A stretch of DNA of 64,000 nt from Carcharhinus amblyrhynchos (Eukaryota): assembly GCA_965287045.1 (NCBI GenBank), contig OZ336875.1:72540001-72604000 (forward strand). The letters are read 5' to 3'. Positions within the stretch are counted from its first letter, which is position 1. The number at the start of each line of letters is the position of its first letter. This document shows, piece by piece, positions 26,155 through 39,114 of the stretch. The translations under genes were made by a program, and so were the position numbers. Below the pieces are notes generated by a model, which saw only the letters and a program-made list of their open reading frames with translations, ran no database searches and was not told where the DNA came from.

Positions 26155-26720
26155 TCACAGAATATACAACACAGAAACAGGCTATTCAGCACAACTATTC
26201 CGTGCTGGGGTTTATACTCCTCAGAAGTTTCCTCCTATTCCATCTGTCTCATTTTAGCCTTTCATTATATATTTCTGTTCTCTTTTCGCATGTACACGTC
26301 TAGTTTCTTTTTGAAAGCATCTAAACTCCACCACTTCCTGTGGTACAGACTTCCTCATTCTAATCACTCCCTGAGTAAATAAATTTTCCCTACAGGATTC
26401 ATCAGGGACTATCCAATATTTATGGTCCCTGGTTTGAATTCTTCCACAAGTCAACCAATTCTCTCCACATCTATCCTATCCAACTCTTTCATCAACTTAA
26501 AACCTTGATCACTTGCCTCAAAATCTCTCTTCTAAAAAAACCTCAACTTGTTCAATCTTTCCTAGTAAATTGCTCTGCTCTGATGCCAAACTTACAAAAT
26601 AAATTTTGCATTTTCTCCAGTGCCTTCCATGCCCTTTTGATAGCATGGAGAACAGAATCATGCATAGTACTCTTAAGCGAGCCTGACCAGAATCTATATC
26701 AGTTTAACATAACTCCACTA
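26155..26720 (-). mobile_element. Degenerate CR1 3' end
   Basis: RENLFTQGVIRMRKSVPQEVVE; CR1 tail. Confidence 0.7.
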
Positions 26721-27392
26721 CTGAATGCAGTTCCTGTAAAAATATTCAATTATGTTCAAATACTGATCAGGTTTTCACAGTCACAAGCAGTAAATATTTA
26801 TAAAGTCTTACATGGGATGTCAAATGCATTAATTTTCAAAGATATGTAGTCAGATTCTAAGCCACAGATTACTGGCTTGTAACTGCAGCGTGAGGAAATT
26901 GCCTCATTTGATGATGTGGACATGAAGTTGATTTGGTTGTAGCAAGTGAAGGTGGGATAAGATAGACATTGTTATATTGGCAGGCAGCAACAAGTAATGT
27001 CCCTCAGTTTTACACTCTATAAGTACAATATATCCAAGTTTGCAATTGATGGGAAGCTAGGGTATGCAAGTTCTGAATTGGCCAGACATTAGGCTGGTTC
27101 CCAGTCCAACTAATTCATAACCTAACCCCAGGGTTGGAAAGCTGACAGAGCTTCTGCTCTCCCTTCAGACATAGCCATTGTTACGAGGGAATACTGAGAT
27201 GAGGGTAGAGGCTATGATCCTTGGCCAGGATTTACCCACAGGAGCGGGACAAGAGTGTAGCCTGTATGCCTAAAGATTAAGATAACTCTATTTTTACTGG
27301 CCTGTGCAACTTTCTTTCGTGCACTGGGGCCTAGCATCATCACATCAGCCTGGACATCTTGGGTCAGGCTTTCCAGGCTCTTTGGTGCAGAG

Positions 27393-27480
27393 CAGTGGTT
27401 CCCAAAGTGAGGGAGCTACAAGTAGTCCGTGGGGTAAAAAAAAGTAGACACTTTTTTGAAGACTTCAAGTTAAACATAAT
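27393..27480 (+). mobile_element. hAT/Charlie-like left end
   Basis: CAGTGGTTCCCAAAGTG matches Charlie-type terminal inverted repeats. Confidence 0.5.
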
Positions 27481-28699
27481 TGAGGTGAAAAATAAGTTAC
27501 AAAAGTATTCAACGTACTTAGTGCTGTGTGACAGATGCTCAAAGATTCAGTCACTGAAGTAGTTCAGAACAAATAGAAAGGACTTGTACTGCAAACTTAA
27601 GACATACGATAAGTATTATGAAAGATACCAAAATGAGCTCAGCATCAAAAAGTGCTGCAGTGTCAATGTACCCAGATCTCATGACATTGCATATTCATAC
27701 ATCTCACCAGGTTCTGCAGAGAGAGCTACAAAGCCCTGCTTCTGTGTTCTCATACATGGAAGTGGTTCCTCTAGCTGCAGCGCTAAGCTAGCCTTTAGTG
27801 CCACTGCTGACTGTCTCTGAGTCTAAGGGACAAGAGTGAACTGAAACCACATTAGGTGATTCAAAAGGAATATATAAGTGGATGAAAGGTGTGCAGAGCT
27901 TCACTGCAGTGCCAGACAGCCAGTTATGTGATGAGTTGTGTTGTTGGTGGAACTTTGCACAGCACAGGGAATGTAACTACCAAGAAATTTGATCTGACCA
28001 ATGAAATTGTTTCTGAAATTGGCAAAATGGCTGGAGATTAGAAGTGAAAGCTGCAAAGCTCTTTTGATGATGAAGAAGTGAGCATGGTTGAAGATAATAT
28101 CAGTGGCCACCAACTCCCAGAGGCAGATAGACTTCGCGCCTAGTACCTGCAACAAGTATGTGCAGGTAAGCAATGAGTCAACACAGCTCAACTTCCTCAG
28201 CACTGATCAAAATGTGGAAATTGTAAACAGGAATGTCGGGTTAAATGACAGATTGCTTGCTGACTTGCAGTTGGAGGAAGTCACTTCAAGTAAATACACA
28301 AATGAAGCTCATGATGAACCACACAACATAGACTCCTTGCTCAATTTCCTAGTGGTGCAGATTGAATGGGAAAATCTGTTTGAAAGTCAAAAGAGAGAGA
28401 GTTATAAACAGGTCCAGAACTGGCCAGAGCAGCCACAATTCCCAAGAGCTCTGGTCAACAAATTCTATCTCCAATAGAAACTAAACCTGGTTAACTGACT
28501 CATTACTTTTCAGAGTTTGCAGATGGTGATGAAAGGACCCAACAAAGTTCAGCATCAATCCATGCAAAATTATCAACCTCCAGGCAGTCAAACAGCAATT
28601 TCCAATCTGCAATTAACCTTAGGCAGTGAATTTATTGCAGAATCAGTGACATTTCTTCATGTGCAGGACTAAATAGAAATGATGATCACGAAAATAGTT

Positions 28700-29160
28700 C
28701 AGGTAGTCAAATTATGACTCGCTTGCAAATCTGTCATGGTAGAAATTCAGCTTCCAAACAGTGTGAAACATAATTTCAGAGACCACCTGCGAAGTTTGAG
28801 AACACAGCTACGCAAGTACTTTCCTGTTTCCAACACAAAGTTCAACTGGATTCGAAATCCCTTTGTGGGCCTTGACGATCCCACCCTTGCAAGCCTGAAG
28901 TTGAGAGAGCAAGACAGCTTTGTGCAACTGTCCTGTGACAGTGCTTTAAAGCTGGATTTTTCTCAGAAAGTAGTAAGGTTTCTGATGCCCTTTCCCTAAA
29001 GTACCTTTGTGAAACTGGATTTTCAGGGCTTGTCACATTGAAGACCAAATAGCAGGATAAACCAAACATTGAACAAGCTCTCCGATTGAGTCTGTCATTC
29101 CTGGAACCTGACATCCAGTGTTTGAAGTCTGTGTAACAACATTGGACTTCTCATTGGGTA
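28700..29160 (+). pseudogene. hAT (Buster/Charlie, ZBED5/ZBED8-like) transposase C-terminal remnant
   Basis: HLRSLRTQLRKYFP..WIRNPF..QLSCDSALKLDF..LMPF, then YLCETGFS..LKTK (hAT dimerisation domain). Confidence 0.85.
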
Positions 29161-29488
29161 AGCATTATCTATTTCCACTTATAGGCCTGTTGCAGGTAAA
29201 TGTGGTGTAATGAGTGCAATGTATTTGTGAGTGTGCATCATAAATTATTAGAGATAACTGGGGTTTTACTACCCATTGATATACAGCCAGCTGAAAGCAT
29301 CCACTTGAATTTCAACAAAGTTTTCTTGCCTTCTCACTCATTTCAGTTACCATTCACACCTTTCCTCTCTAGGTTGAGGGCACCTGGGCACCTTCTTGTA
29401 AAATTTTATTGCATTTGAATTTGGACCTTTTATTAAAGTCTTAGAAATTTTAATTAGCCTTCATAGAGGAGAGTCTGGAATTGAAATT

Positions 29489-29873
29489 ACTGGTAGTTTT
29501 TTTCTAATTTAGCATTTCTTTTTAACTAAAATGTTCTTTCACAAAAGCATAAACTTTAGACGCAAAACATCACAGAGACCTAGGTTCACATTTTCCCACC
29601 TGAAAGCAGGTTTGACATGGAGGCAGGGCAGATTTATTAATGACCCACGGCCTGTCCTGCTGCAAACAGCCAGCTCTGGAAATGGAGGTATAGCATTTGG
29701 CCACATTGCTCAGTGATCATTAATATATCTGCCCTATCTCCGTGTCAAACCTGCTTCCGGATGGGATGGGAAAATTTGACCCTAGGTCTCCGTGATGTTT
29801 GTGCCTAAAGTTTATGGTTTTGTAAAAGAACATTTTAGTAAAAAGAAATGCTAAATTTAAAAAGACTGCCAGT
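29489..29873. mobile_element. MITE/foldback element with inverted arms of about 160 bp
   Basis: 29489-29648 is the imperfect reverse complement of 29713-29873. Confidence 0.85.
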
Positions 29874-30419
29874 CTTGGGTGACTATGTTCTCCCCATGTC
29901 TGCTCCAAATTCCAAAGTTGCAGAGGTTAGATGGATTTTCATGCTAATGCATGGTGTTACGGGGGTAGGGCAGGGACTGGATCTAGGTAAGATGCTCTTT
30001 CAAAAAGTTGATGCTGAGTCAATGGGCCTCCTTCTGCACTGTAAGGATTCTATTTTTTTTAATGGTGTGCTAAAATTGAAAACTTGAATGTATTTTTTTT
30101 GAAGGGAAAAGAATGAAATAGAGACTCTGGTTTATCATGGGACACTCAGTTTAGGAGCAAATGCACATGTGTATGTGTGCGTGTGAGTTTGTATTCTTAA
30201 TTATTTAGAAGCGACAAAACACTTCAGTCTTGGTTTAGCATCTCATCTAACAGACAGCAAGTACTTCCTCAGTACAGCACAGGAATGTCAGCCAAGATTT
30301 TGTGCTTGAGGATATGAACACACAACTTTAACTCAGGAGGCAACAGTACAACCGAAGCACTAGAGTGATGAAAGCACAATCCAAATAGCTTAACATGATG
30401 GGAGTGAGCTAAATAAACA

Positions 30420-30712
30420 AAATGAGGGAGCACAACACTGTTGGACGTGCTGTCTGTCAAATAGTAAGTTAAACTGAAGCCCTGTCTGTCCCATCAGGTA
30501 GATGTGAATAATCCCATGGCCCTATTCAAAGAAGAACATGGGAGTTCGCCCTGCGTCCTGGCCAATATATATTGCTCCACCAATATCAGTGAACATATTG
30601 CTGGTCATTATGTTCATTGCTTTTGTGGATCTTGATATACTTAAATTGGCTGTTATGTTTCCCTATACTATAATAGTGACTGCATTTCAAAAGTGCCCTG
30701 GAGGTCGTGACA
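30420..30712 (+). mobile_element. Deu-domain SINE
   Basis: gagggagcac..gttaaactgaagccctgtctg..atcccatggccctattcaaagaagaac..gtcctggccaatat. Confidence 0.7.
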
Positions 30713-31359
30713 GACATAGAATTAAAGAAACCAAGAGCAGGAGTAGGCCCTTTGGTCCTTCGAGTCTGGTCCACCATTCAATATGATCATGGCTGATTCT
30801 CGATCTCAATGCCACACTCCTGCTTTCTCTCCATACCCGTGATGCCACATCATGTTACATCAATGCAAGCCTCTTTCTTTTCATAATCAGACTTGTGACA
30901 TTAGGAGTTGTCAAATCCTCTGTAACAAGAACCTAATGTAAGCAGTGCTAGCTATCAAACAATAATCAATAGTTCAAGCTGAAAAGCTATATAGTACTTA
31001 ACTGGATCTAGTAATTCGATTCTACCCCTGAGACCAATCTTCTTTGAGCATGAGGAAATGTTCTATTTTACTTTAACTCAGGTACAGAAAGGCAGTGATC
31101 AATTGCTTCATTTTTAAAACATTAATTATTAAACAAATTCTAAAAGATATTTTAAAGGATAATTCTGGGCACAATGAGAAATTATCTTGGAGAATTCCTC
31201 AATTGAAGCGCTGTTGGGAGATTTTTCAACTCTTTCAATTACTTGCCACACTTTGGTTTTGTGGAAGATTGAGAGCAAAGATTCTCATTTCTAAAGTATT
31301 GCCTCTCCCTTCTTTTTAACTGTAATTTATGCAGGACAAATTGTTAGTTGGTGCTAATG

Positions 31360-31680
31360 CACTGACTGCATCACACTCCTCTTCCTCCTTCTCCGAAAAT
31401 GCTCTGTACTCTGCATCTTGCTGCTTTTGACAGTCCAAACCTTACTGCTGTACAACACTGTGCAGAGCACATCACTCTGCAACCATTCTGGAAACCCTGG
31501 CTGCTGCATACAGATGGACATCTCCAGATTTGACAAAGACCCTGAAGCACACCTTCAGTATGCTGATTGGCATTTCTGGTTGTCATATGGATTTTGCTCT
31601 GTACCTCCTGAATGTCACTGTTTGCATTCCTCACTGGTGGAATTAGCCACATTTTACGAGGGTACCAATTGTTTCCCAGG
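31360..31680 (-). pseudogene. PIF/Harbinger transposase C-terminal remnant
   Basis: WLIPPVRN..HMTTR..ILKVCFR..RVSRMV..CALH, decayed HARBI1-like motifs. Confidence 0.65.
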
Positions 31681-31699
31681 AGAGAGAAAATAAGTCTCC

Positions 31700-32940
31700 C
31701 TTAAGACAAAGGACATCAGCGAGGATGGACTACTACTGGATGAAAACAGCATGAAAGCATCACTCAAATCCTTCACAGACCAGTTGGTGGGGGTATTTGG
31801 GTCTTTAACCTCTCTTTACACCAATATGAGGTCCTATTTTAAGAAGATGACCATCATCCCTGTACCAAAGAAAAGCCAGACAGCATGCCTTAATGACTTT
31901 CGCCCTGTGGCTCTGACATCCATCATTATGAAGTGCTTCGAAAGATTAGTCACGGCATGCATCAACTCTTGCCTCCCAGATTGCCTGGATCCAGTTTGCC
32001 TATTGCCGCAACAGGTTCACAGCAGGTGCCATCAGCCTGGCCCTGCACTCAACCCTGGAACACCTGGGTAACAAAGATACTAATATCAAATGCTATTCAT
32101 TGACTACAGCTCAGCCTTCAACTCCATTATTCCTACAAAACTCATCTCCAAACCCATGGCCTGGGGCTCAGCTGGATCCTGGGGCAACTGGATCCTAGGC
32201 TTCCTAACCACTGACTGCAATCAGTAAGGTAGGAAACGACACCTGCTCCACAATTATTCTCAACACTGGTGCCCCACAAGACTTTGTCCTCAGTCCCTTA
32301 CTATGCTCCTTTTGCACTCATGACTGTGTGGCCAAATTCCCCTCCAACTCGATTTTCAAGTTTGTTGATGACAGTATCGTAATTGGTCAGATCTCAAACA
32401 ATGACAAGATGGAGTACAGGAAAGAGCTAGAGAATCTGGTGAAATGGTGCAACGATAATAATCTCTCCCTCAATGTCAGTAAGAAGATAGTCATCGACTT
32501 CAGGAAGCATAGAGAAGGACAGGCCCCTACTTACATCAATGGGGATGAAGTGCAAATGGTCAAGAGCTTCAAGTTTCTAGGCATCCAGATCACCAATCTG
32601 TCCTGATCCTTCCATGCTGACGTTATAGTTAAGAAACTTCTACTTTCTCAGGAGGCTAAGGAGATTTGGCACATCCACCATGACTCTCGCCAATTTTAAC
32701 AAATGCATGATAGAAAGCATTCTTTTCAGATGAATCACAGCTTGTTATGGCTCCTGCTCTGACCAAGACCACAAGAAACTACAAAGGGTCGTGAAAGTAG
32801 TCCAGTCCACCATGTAAACCAGTGTCCAATCCATCGACTCCATCTACATTTCCCGCTGCTTCAGAAAAGCAGCCAGCATAATCAAGGATCCCACACACAC
32901 CGGACATACTCTCCTCCACCTTCTTCCATCAGGAAAAAGA
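31700..32940 (+). mobile_element. Rex1/Babar-clade LINE RT fragment
   Basis: FKKMTIIPVPKKSQTACLNDFRPVALTSIIMKCFERLV; KFVDDSIVIGQISNND; WCNDNNLSLNVSK. Confidence 0.85.
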
Positions 32941-33042
32941 TGGTGGTGTAGTGGTAATGTCACTGGACTAGTGATCCAGTGACCCAGGCTAATACTCTGG
33001 GGATGTGGCAGCTGGTGGAAGTTAATTTCAATTAATCTGGAA

Positions 33043-34666
33043 TAGAGTCGTAGAGGGTTATGGCATGGAAACAGACCCTTCGGCCAAACTTGTCCATGCC
33101 ATCCTTTTTCTTTTAAACCCCTAAGCTAATCCCAATTGCCTGCATATCCCTCAATACTCATCTTACCCACGTAACTGTCTAAATGCTTTCTATTAGACAA
33201 AATTCTACCCGCCTCTACTACTACCTCTGGCAGCTTGTTCCAGACATTCACCACCCTTTGTGTGAAAAAATCATCCCTCTGGACCATTTTGTATCTCTCC
33301 CCTCTCACCTTAAACCTATGCCCTTTCGTTTTGGATTCCCCTAGCTTTGGGAAAAAATATTGACTATCTGGCTGATCTATGCCCCTCATTATTTTACAGG
33401 CCTCGAAAAGATCACCTCTCGGCCTCCTACACTCCGGAGAAAAAAGTCTCAGTCTATCCAGTCTCTCCTTATAATTCAAGCCATCAAGTCCCTGTAGCAT
33501 TCTAGTAAATCTTTTCTGCACTCTTTCTAGTTTAACAATATCTTTTCTACAATAGGGTGACCGGAACTGTACACAGTATTCCAAGTGTGGCCTTACCAAT
33601 GTCTTGTACAACTTCAACAAGACATTCCAACTCCTGTATTCAATGCTCTGGCCAAAGAAACTAAGTATGCCGAATACCTTCTTCATCACTTTGTCCACCT
33701 GTGACTCCATTTTCAAGGAACTATGAACATGTACCCCGAGATCTCTTTGTTTGTATCTCTCCCCAACATTCTACCATTAACTAAGTCCTGCCTTGGTTCA
33801 ATCTACCAAAATGTATCACCTCGCATTAACTAAATTAAAGTCCATCTACCATTCGTCAGCCCACTGGCCCAACTGATCAAGATCCCGTTGTAATCAGAGA
33901 TAACCTTCTTCACTGTCCACTATGTCACCAATCTTGATCATCTGCAAACTTATTAACAATGCCTCCTACATTCTCATCCAAATCATTAACATAAGTGACA
34001 AATAACAGCCGACCCAGGACCAATCCCTAAGGCACACCACTTGTCACAGGCCTCCAGTTTGAAAAACAACCCTCTACAACCACACTCTGGCTTCTGTCAT
34101 CAAGAAGTCTCACAACACCAGGTTAAAGTCCAATAGTTTATTTGGTAGCATAAGCCACTAGCTTTCAGAGTGCTGCCCCTTCATCAGGTGAGTGGGATTT
34201 CAGTTCACAAATAGGGTATATAAAGGCACAAAACTCAATTTACAAAATAACGGTTGGAATGAGAGTGAACTGTGAACTGAAATCCCACTCACCTGATGAA
34301 GGGGAACTACTTCAAAAGCTAGTGGCTTGTGCTACCAAATAAACCTGTTGGACTTTAACCTGGTATTGAGAGACTTCTTACTGTGTTTACCCCAGTCCAA
34401 CACCGGCATCTCCACATTCTGTCATCAAGCCAATTTTGTATCCATTTGGCTACCTCATCCTGGATCCCATGAGATTTAACTTTATGCAACAACCAACCAT
34501 GTGGTATTTTGTCAAAGGCCTTGCTAAAATCTACGTAGACAACATCAACGGCACTGTCCTCATCTACCTTCTTCGTTACCCCTTCAAAAAATTCAATCAA
34601 ATTTGTGAGACATGATTTTCCATTCACAAAGCCACGCTGACTGTCCCTAAACAGTCTTTGCATCTC
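33043..34666 (-). mobile_element. 5'-truncated CR1 (RT C-terminal half)
   Basis: ORFs 34355-34687 and 33126-33716 carry CR1 RT motifs. Confidence 0.92.
34105..34416. mobile_element. Palindromic Penelope terminal-repeat insertion with a 13-bp target-site duplication
   Basis: ttctgtcatcaag at 34092-34104 and 34417-34429; inverted arms, each with a CTGATGA hammerhead-like core. Confidence 0.85.
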
Positions 34667-34901
34667 AAAAGCTAATCTCAATATCAACTACGAATCTATC
34701 ATTGATTGTTGGAAGAACCCACCTGGTTCACTACTATCCCTTTAGGGAAGGAAATTTGTCATTCTTATCTGGCTCACATCAGTGTGGTTGACTGTTAACT
34801 GCCCTCTAAAATGCCCCTATCAAGCCATCAAGGGGCAATTAGGGGTGGGCAACAAATACTGCTCTTGCCAGTGATGGCCAAATTCCATGAAAGAATGTTT
34901 A

Positions 34902-35215
34902 GGGCAGCACAGTGGCACATGGTTAGCACTGCTGCCTCACAGCTCCAGGAATCTAGGTTCAATTCCAGCCACGAGTGACTGTGTGGATTTTGCACATTCT
35001 CCTAGCATGTGTGGGTTCCCTCCAGGTGCTCCAGTTTCCTCCCACATTCCAAAGATGAGCAGGTTAGATGGATTGGTAAATTGCCCCTTAGTATCAGGGG
35101 GATTAGCAGGGTAAATATATGGGATTAAAAGGGATAGGGCCTGGGTGGGATTGTTGTCAGTGTAGGCTCGATGGGCTGAATAGCTTCCTTCTGCACTGGA
35201 GGGATTCTATGATTC
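34902..35215 (+). mobile_element. HE1-type V-SINE
   Basis: tRNA head, V-domain, tail gggattctatgattc. Confidence 0.9.
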
Positions 35216-35629
35216 CTTAATTACTCCTTTGGAGAGCATGGCACAGAGTTAATGATTACTAACCCTCAGATGCCCCTAAGTCTGTTTGGCTCACTATTCT
35301 CTGCTCATTGCTTAAGACCATTAGTGTATGGGTTCTCTCCCCCTTATAGATTTCTTTACCTACTGAGCTTCAATAAACTTCCTCAGGCCACAGACAGTTC
35401 CCATTGGAAACAGGATGATCATATTTTCAAAAGTTAAACAGAGAAAAGCCTTGGGTAGATATTTTGGGTGACTTATGATAAGAGTCTAAAGGAGGGTCAG
35501 TTAAAGGTAGGAAGCCATGTCGTGACATCTCCTGTAATTTGTCTAGCTAGAGCTATTAAGACACATGGGTGAAATAGTCCCCATTACCTTCTATAAATTT
35601 AGCCCAGTGCCTCCTATAAATACCCTCCA

Positions 35630-35870
35630 TTACCTCTGGCTCTCCCCCACTGGCCTCCAACTTTGCTACTGTCTTCCAGCTCTTCCCCTACCCCAGCCTC
35701 CTGCTCTTCCCCACTGTTCCCCCACTGATCTCTGGCTCTTCTGCCCTGATCTCGCCCACTGACATTTGGCTCTCTTCCATTGACCTACTGCTCTCCCCCG
35801 CTCTTCCCCATTGGCCTGTAGCACTCCTTAATGGGCCTCCGGCTCTCCCCTGACTACAGCCCACTGATTT
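35630..35870. repeat. Degenerate C/T-rich minisatellite
   Basis: Recurrent gctcttcccc and cccactga units. Confidence 0.6.
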
Positions 35871-36494
35871 CCTCAATAGCATGCCTGATTGGCCAGAATG
35901 CTCAGAATGGACAATCAGGCCATTGAAATTTTAACCAACCAGGCAGCAATAAGCTATCTTTATTAGGAACCAGTCTGTTTTGAGAGAGAAAAAAATGGAG
36001 GCTCTGGATGCCAGTGAGGATTTCTGAGTCGGGGAAAGGGGGCCGGAAATACATCTAATCACCATAACTATAAGGTAAAATTAATTATTACCCATGACAA
36101 TAACTGAATCTTTCTTACCTCTTATGTCAATGCTGGAACACATGGTTAACACTATCTTGATTTCCTATTTCCATTCTCCCAGATCGAAAGAAACTTTAAT
36201 GCTATGTCCACTTCCTCCCTCACAGCAGCAAAATGTAAACATTCCCCTGATATGTAGCGGCACCCTATTACTCTTTCTCTATTCCCCTTGAACACGCATT
36301 GCCACACAGCTAGGTTTACCTCATCCCCTTCCCTTAATTAGCCTTCACCAATTCCTAAATAGGTATGACCTGTTTACTATCACATGTAGCTTGTTAAATC
36401 TAATTCTAATGCGCCTGCCTCTCATATAAATATACCTAAGTTCATTCTTTGTCTTCTTACATTACTCTTTCCTAATTGATCCACAATTCCTACA

Positions 36495-37220
36495 ATTCTA
36501 AAGGAGGTAAAGAGCAGAAGGACCTGGGAATATATGTGCACAAATCAATAAAGGCGAAGGATAGGTTGAGAAAGCAGATAATAAGACATCTAGACTTTAT
36601 ACATAGAAGCTTAGAGTATAGAAATTAGGAATTATGACAAACCTTTATAGAACACTGGTTTAATCTGAACTGGAATAGTGTGCCTAATTCTGGGCATCAC
36701 AATTTGAGGAAATATTTTAAGGCATTAGAGAGTTTGCAGGAAAGGTTTAGGAGATTAGTTATAAGACTAGTTCTTGGAACAGGGGCCTTTGGTTCAGTGC
36801 ATAGATTGGCAAAGCTGAGATTCTTCCCCTTGAAGAAGCAAAGGTTGAGAAGAGATTTTATAGAAGTGCTCAAAATCATGAGGGGTTTGGCTAGAGTAGA
36901 TAGGGAGAAATTATTCCCATTGGTGGGTGGGTTAAGAACCAGAGGATCCTGACTTAAGGTGAATATTAAAAGAACAAAAGCAACATGAAGAAATAAAACT
37001 TAGAGCAAATGGTTCAGATCTGGAATGTACTGCCTGACAGCATGTGAGGCAGTGTCATTGATTTCAAAGGAGAATTGGATAATTATTTGCAGAAAAATAA
37101 TTTGCATGACGACTGGGTTAGGACACTGTAGTGGGACTATTGGAGTTGCTCTTCAGAAATCAGCCATAGGCATGATCAGCTGAATCGCCTCCCTCTGTTC
37201 TGTAATTTTTCTAAAATTCT
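36495..37220 (+). mobile_element. CR1 3' fragment
   Basis: KQRLRRDFIEVLKIMRGLARVDREKLFPL; tail. Confidence 0.8.
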
Positions 37221-37829
37221 ACGATAATATTCCACTTGCCATTTGTCCTCCACTTTTTATCCATTTTAAATCTTTCCCAACTGTTAAATTTACTGGATCA
37301 ACTGAAATTAATGCCATCTTTACAAAAGCACTCCCAAGAAGTGGGCCAGCGGGCCAAGATTTTGCATGCTGCTCTTACTATCCCCCATGTGTTGAGCCCC
37401 TGAAGTTATCTGCCTAACCTGCCTCCCTTTAATAGGAACAGCACTTGACATGGCTGTTATCCTAAGGTTACTGCTCCCACAGCCTTTTCCTTTCATCTTT
37501 CTCTCAATTGCTAAAGTATGTGATCTCCATTCTTCAGCTATCTACAGCACTGTTTCCCTTGTAAGCTGAGTTGTGGTTTCTCCACTTCCCATCACCAAAC
37601 ATTTTTCATCCGCTTACTCAAGTCATGAACTGAACTGTGACAACTGGGAAAGAACACATTACTCAGGGCTCAAGGTCATGCTTGCTGAACATTCTGTCAA
37701 ACCCTGTTACACCGAGTTTTGTACACTTGGGAGTGTTGTGAACAGTACTGGACTTCATACTGTATTAAAAAAAAGATACAGGCACCGGAGAAAGTCTAAA
37801 CAAAGTCGTAAAGTTATACCTCCCAGGAA

Positions 37830-38190
37830 AGACTGAACTGGCTGGTGCTCTTTTCTCGAAGACGGAGAGTGACTTGATAGAGTTCTAAAGGATTTGAAAG
37901 GGTAGATATAAAACCCTTTATACTTGGGGGCAAGAACTGAACTTGTGGTCATAAATGTAAGATGGTCACTAATAAAATACAACAGGGAATTCAGGAGATT
38001 TCTCTATCCAAAAGTATGAATAAAATATAAAATTCGTGGGCACATGGAGCATACATTCAAGAGTAAGCTCAGTAAGCACACAAGAGAAAGGCTAAGCTGA
38101 TGAGGTTTGATGAAGTAGGGTGGAAGAAAGACCTCCATGAACCTGTGGGGCTGAAAGGTATGTTTCTGTGCTGCTAACATTTTGTAACTT
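37830..38190 (+). mobile_element. Degenerate CR1 3' end
   Basis: gagtgacttgatagagtt..gggctgaaaggtatgtttctgtgctg. Confidence 0.6.
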
Positions 38191-39075
38191 TATCAGTACC
38201 ACATAACTTTTTTCTCCAATAACTTCAGCATACTCCAGAAAAATAAAACTGCCACAACACATTCCAGCATCAGTCAACTGAACTGTTTTTATACCCAATT
38301 TTCTACAGTTCCATGTGGTTTGCCCTAGTGCGTCCTCCTAATTTATCTAGATGGTGTGTGCCTTCTACTTCCTAAAGCGAGTTACGTTTAAGTGGTCATT
38401 CAGTTAGAGAAGAGGTCAGGTGATTTTATTTGCCTGGAGTCAGTGTCTGACTCTAGTGTTGGAAGTGGTCCAGTATCTACTGAGTCAATAGATGGCCCCA
38501 CAAATGTGAATGATGTGACAGCTGTTTGGGTCTGTTGATAATATCACCAGTCATCTACACCAATTGTTTTCACATCTTTGCTGCTGGACACTTGCTCTGC
38601 ATACACAACTGGACGTTAGAAGGAGCAAAACCACCATCTTTGGTCACCTGGAAACTCCACTCCCTTGCCACATATTGCATCAGTCCACCTGGCCATTTGT
38701 TCAGGCTTGACCAGACTCAGAGAAACACATCTGTCCTGTTCAATTCAGCTGACTTTCGACCCTCATTTTCTTTTCCATCAGAATGATTGTTTAGTCCCAC
38801 CTACACAGACTTCCTGGCCTCTGAGTCCCTCATCATCTCATAACTTAAATTTCTCCAATGACCTCCACCCTCTATATAACAGTTGTCAGTATCCTTCATT
38901 AAGTTCCACTGGTAGAGAAAGTAAGTGTTTAATCTTGATGCTCTCACCAACATGACTATGGGATCTAGCTTCATGGACTACCTGGTCTTTCCCTGTCTGT
39001 CAGGTTTATATGATGCTGGATATGACTGTTCTGTATTACTTACCCACAAAAGGAGTTTATTTTTAAATGACTGAC

Positions 39076-39114
39076 AGCTCTGACGAAGAGTCATTCGGAT
39101 TTGAAACGTTGGCT
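39076..39114 (+). ncRNA. Minimal hammerhead ribozyme-like motif in a Penelope-derived repeat (39074-39212)
   Basis: agct-CTGACGA-a-gagtc-attcg-gattt-GAAAC-GTT-ggct: intact core, pairable stems I and II, palindromic ACGT stem III. Confidence 0.6.

Larger units (their letters stand above)
32941..34896 (+). mobile_element. tRNA-headed SINE (head 32941-33043, body and tail 34667-34896) split by a CR1 insertion
   Basis: Head tggtgtagtggtaatgtcactggactagtgatccag; body ctggttcacta..tttagggaaggaaat; tail ggggcaattagg..ccatgaaagaat shared with the 3477-7575 LINE. Confidence 0.8.
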
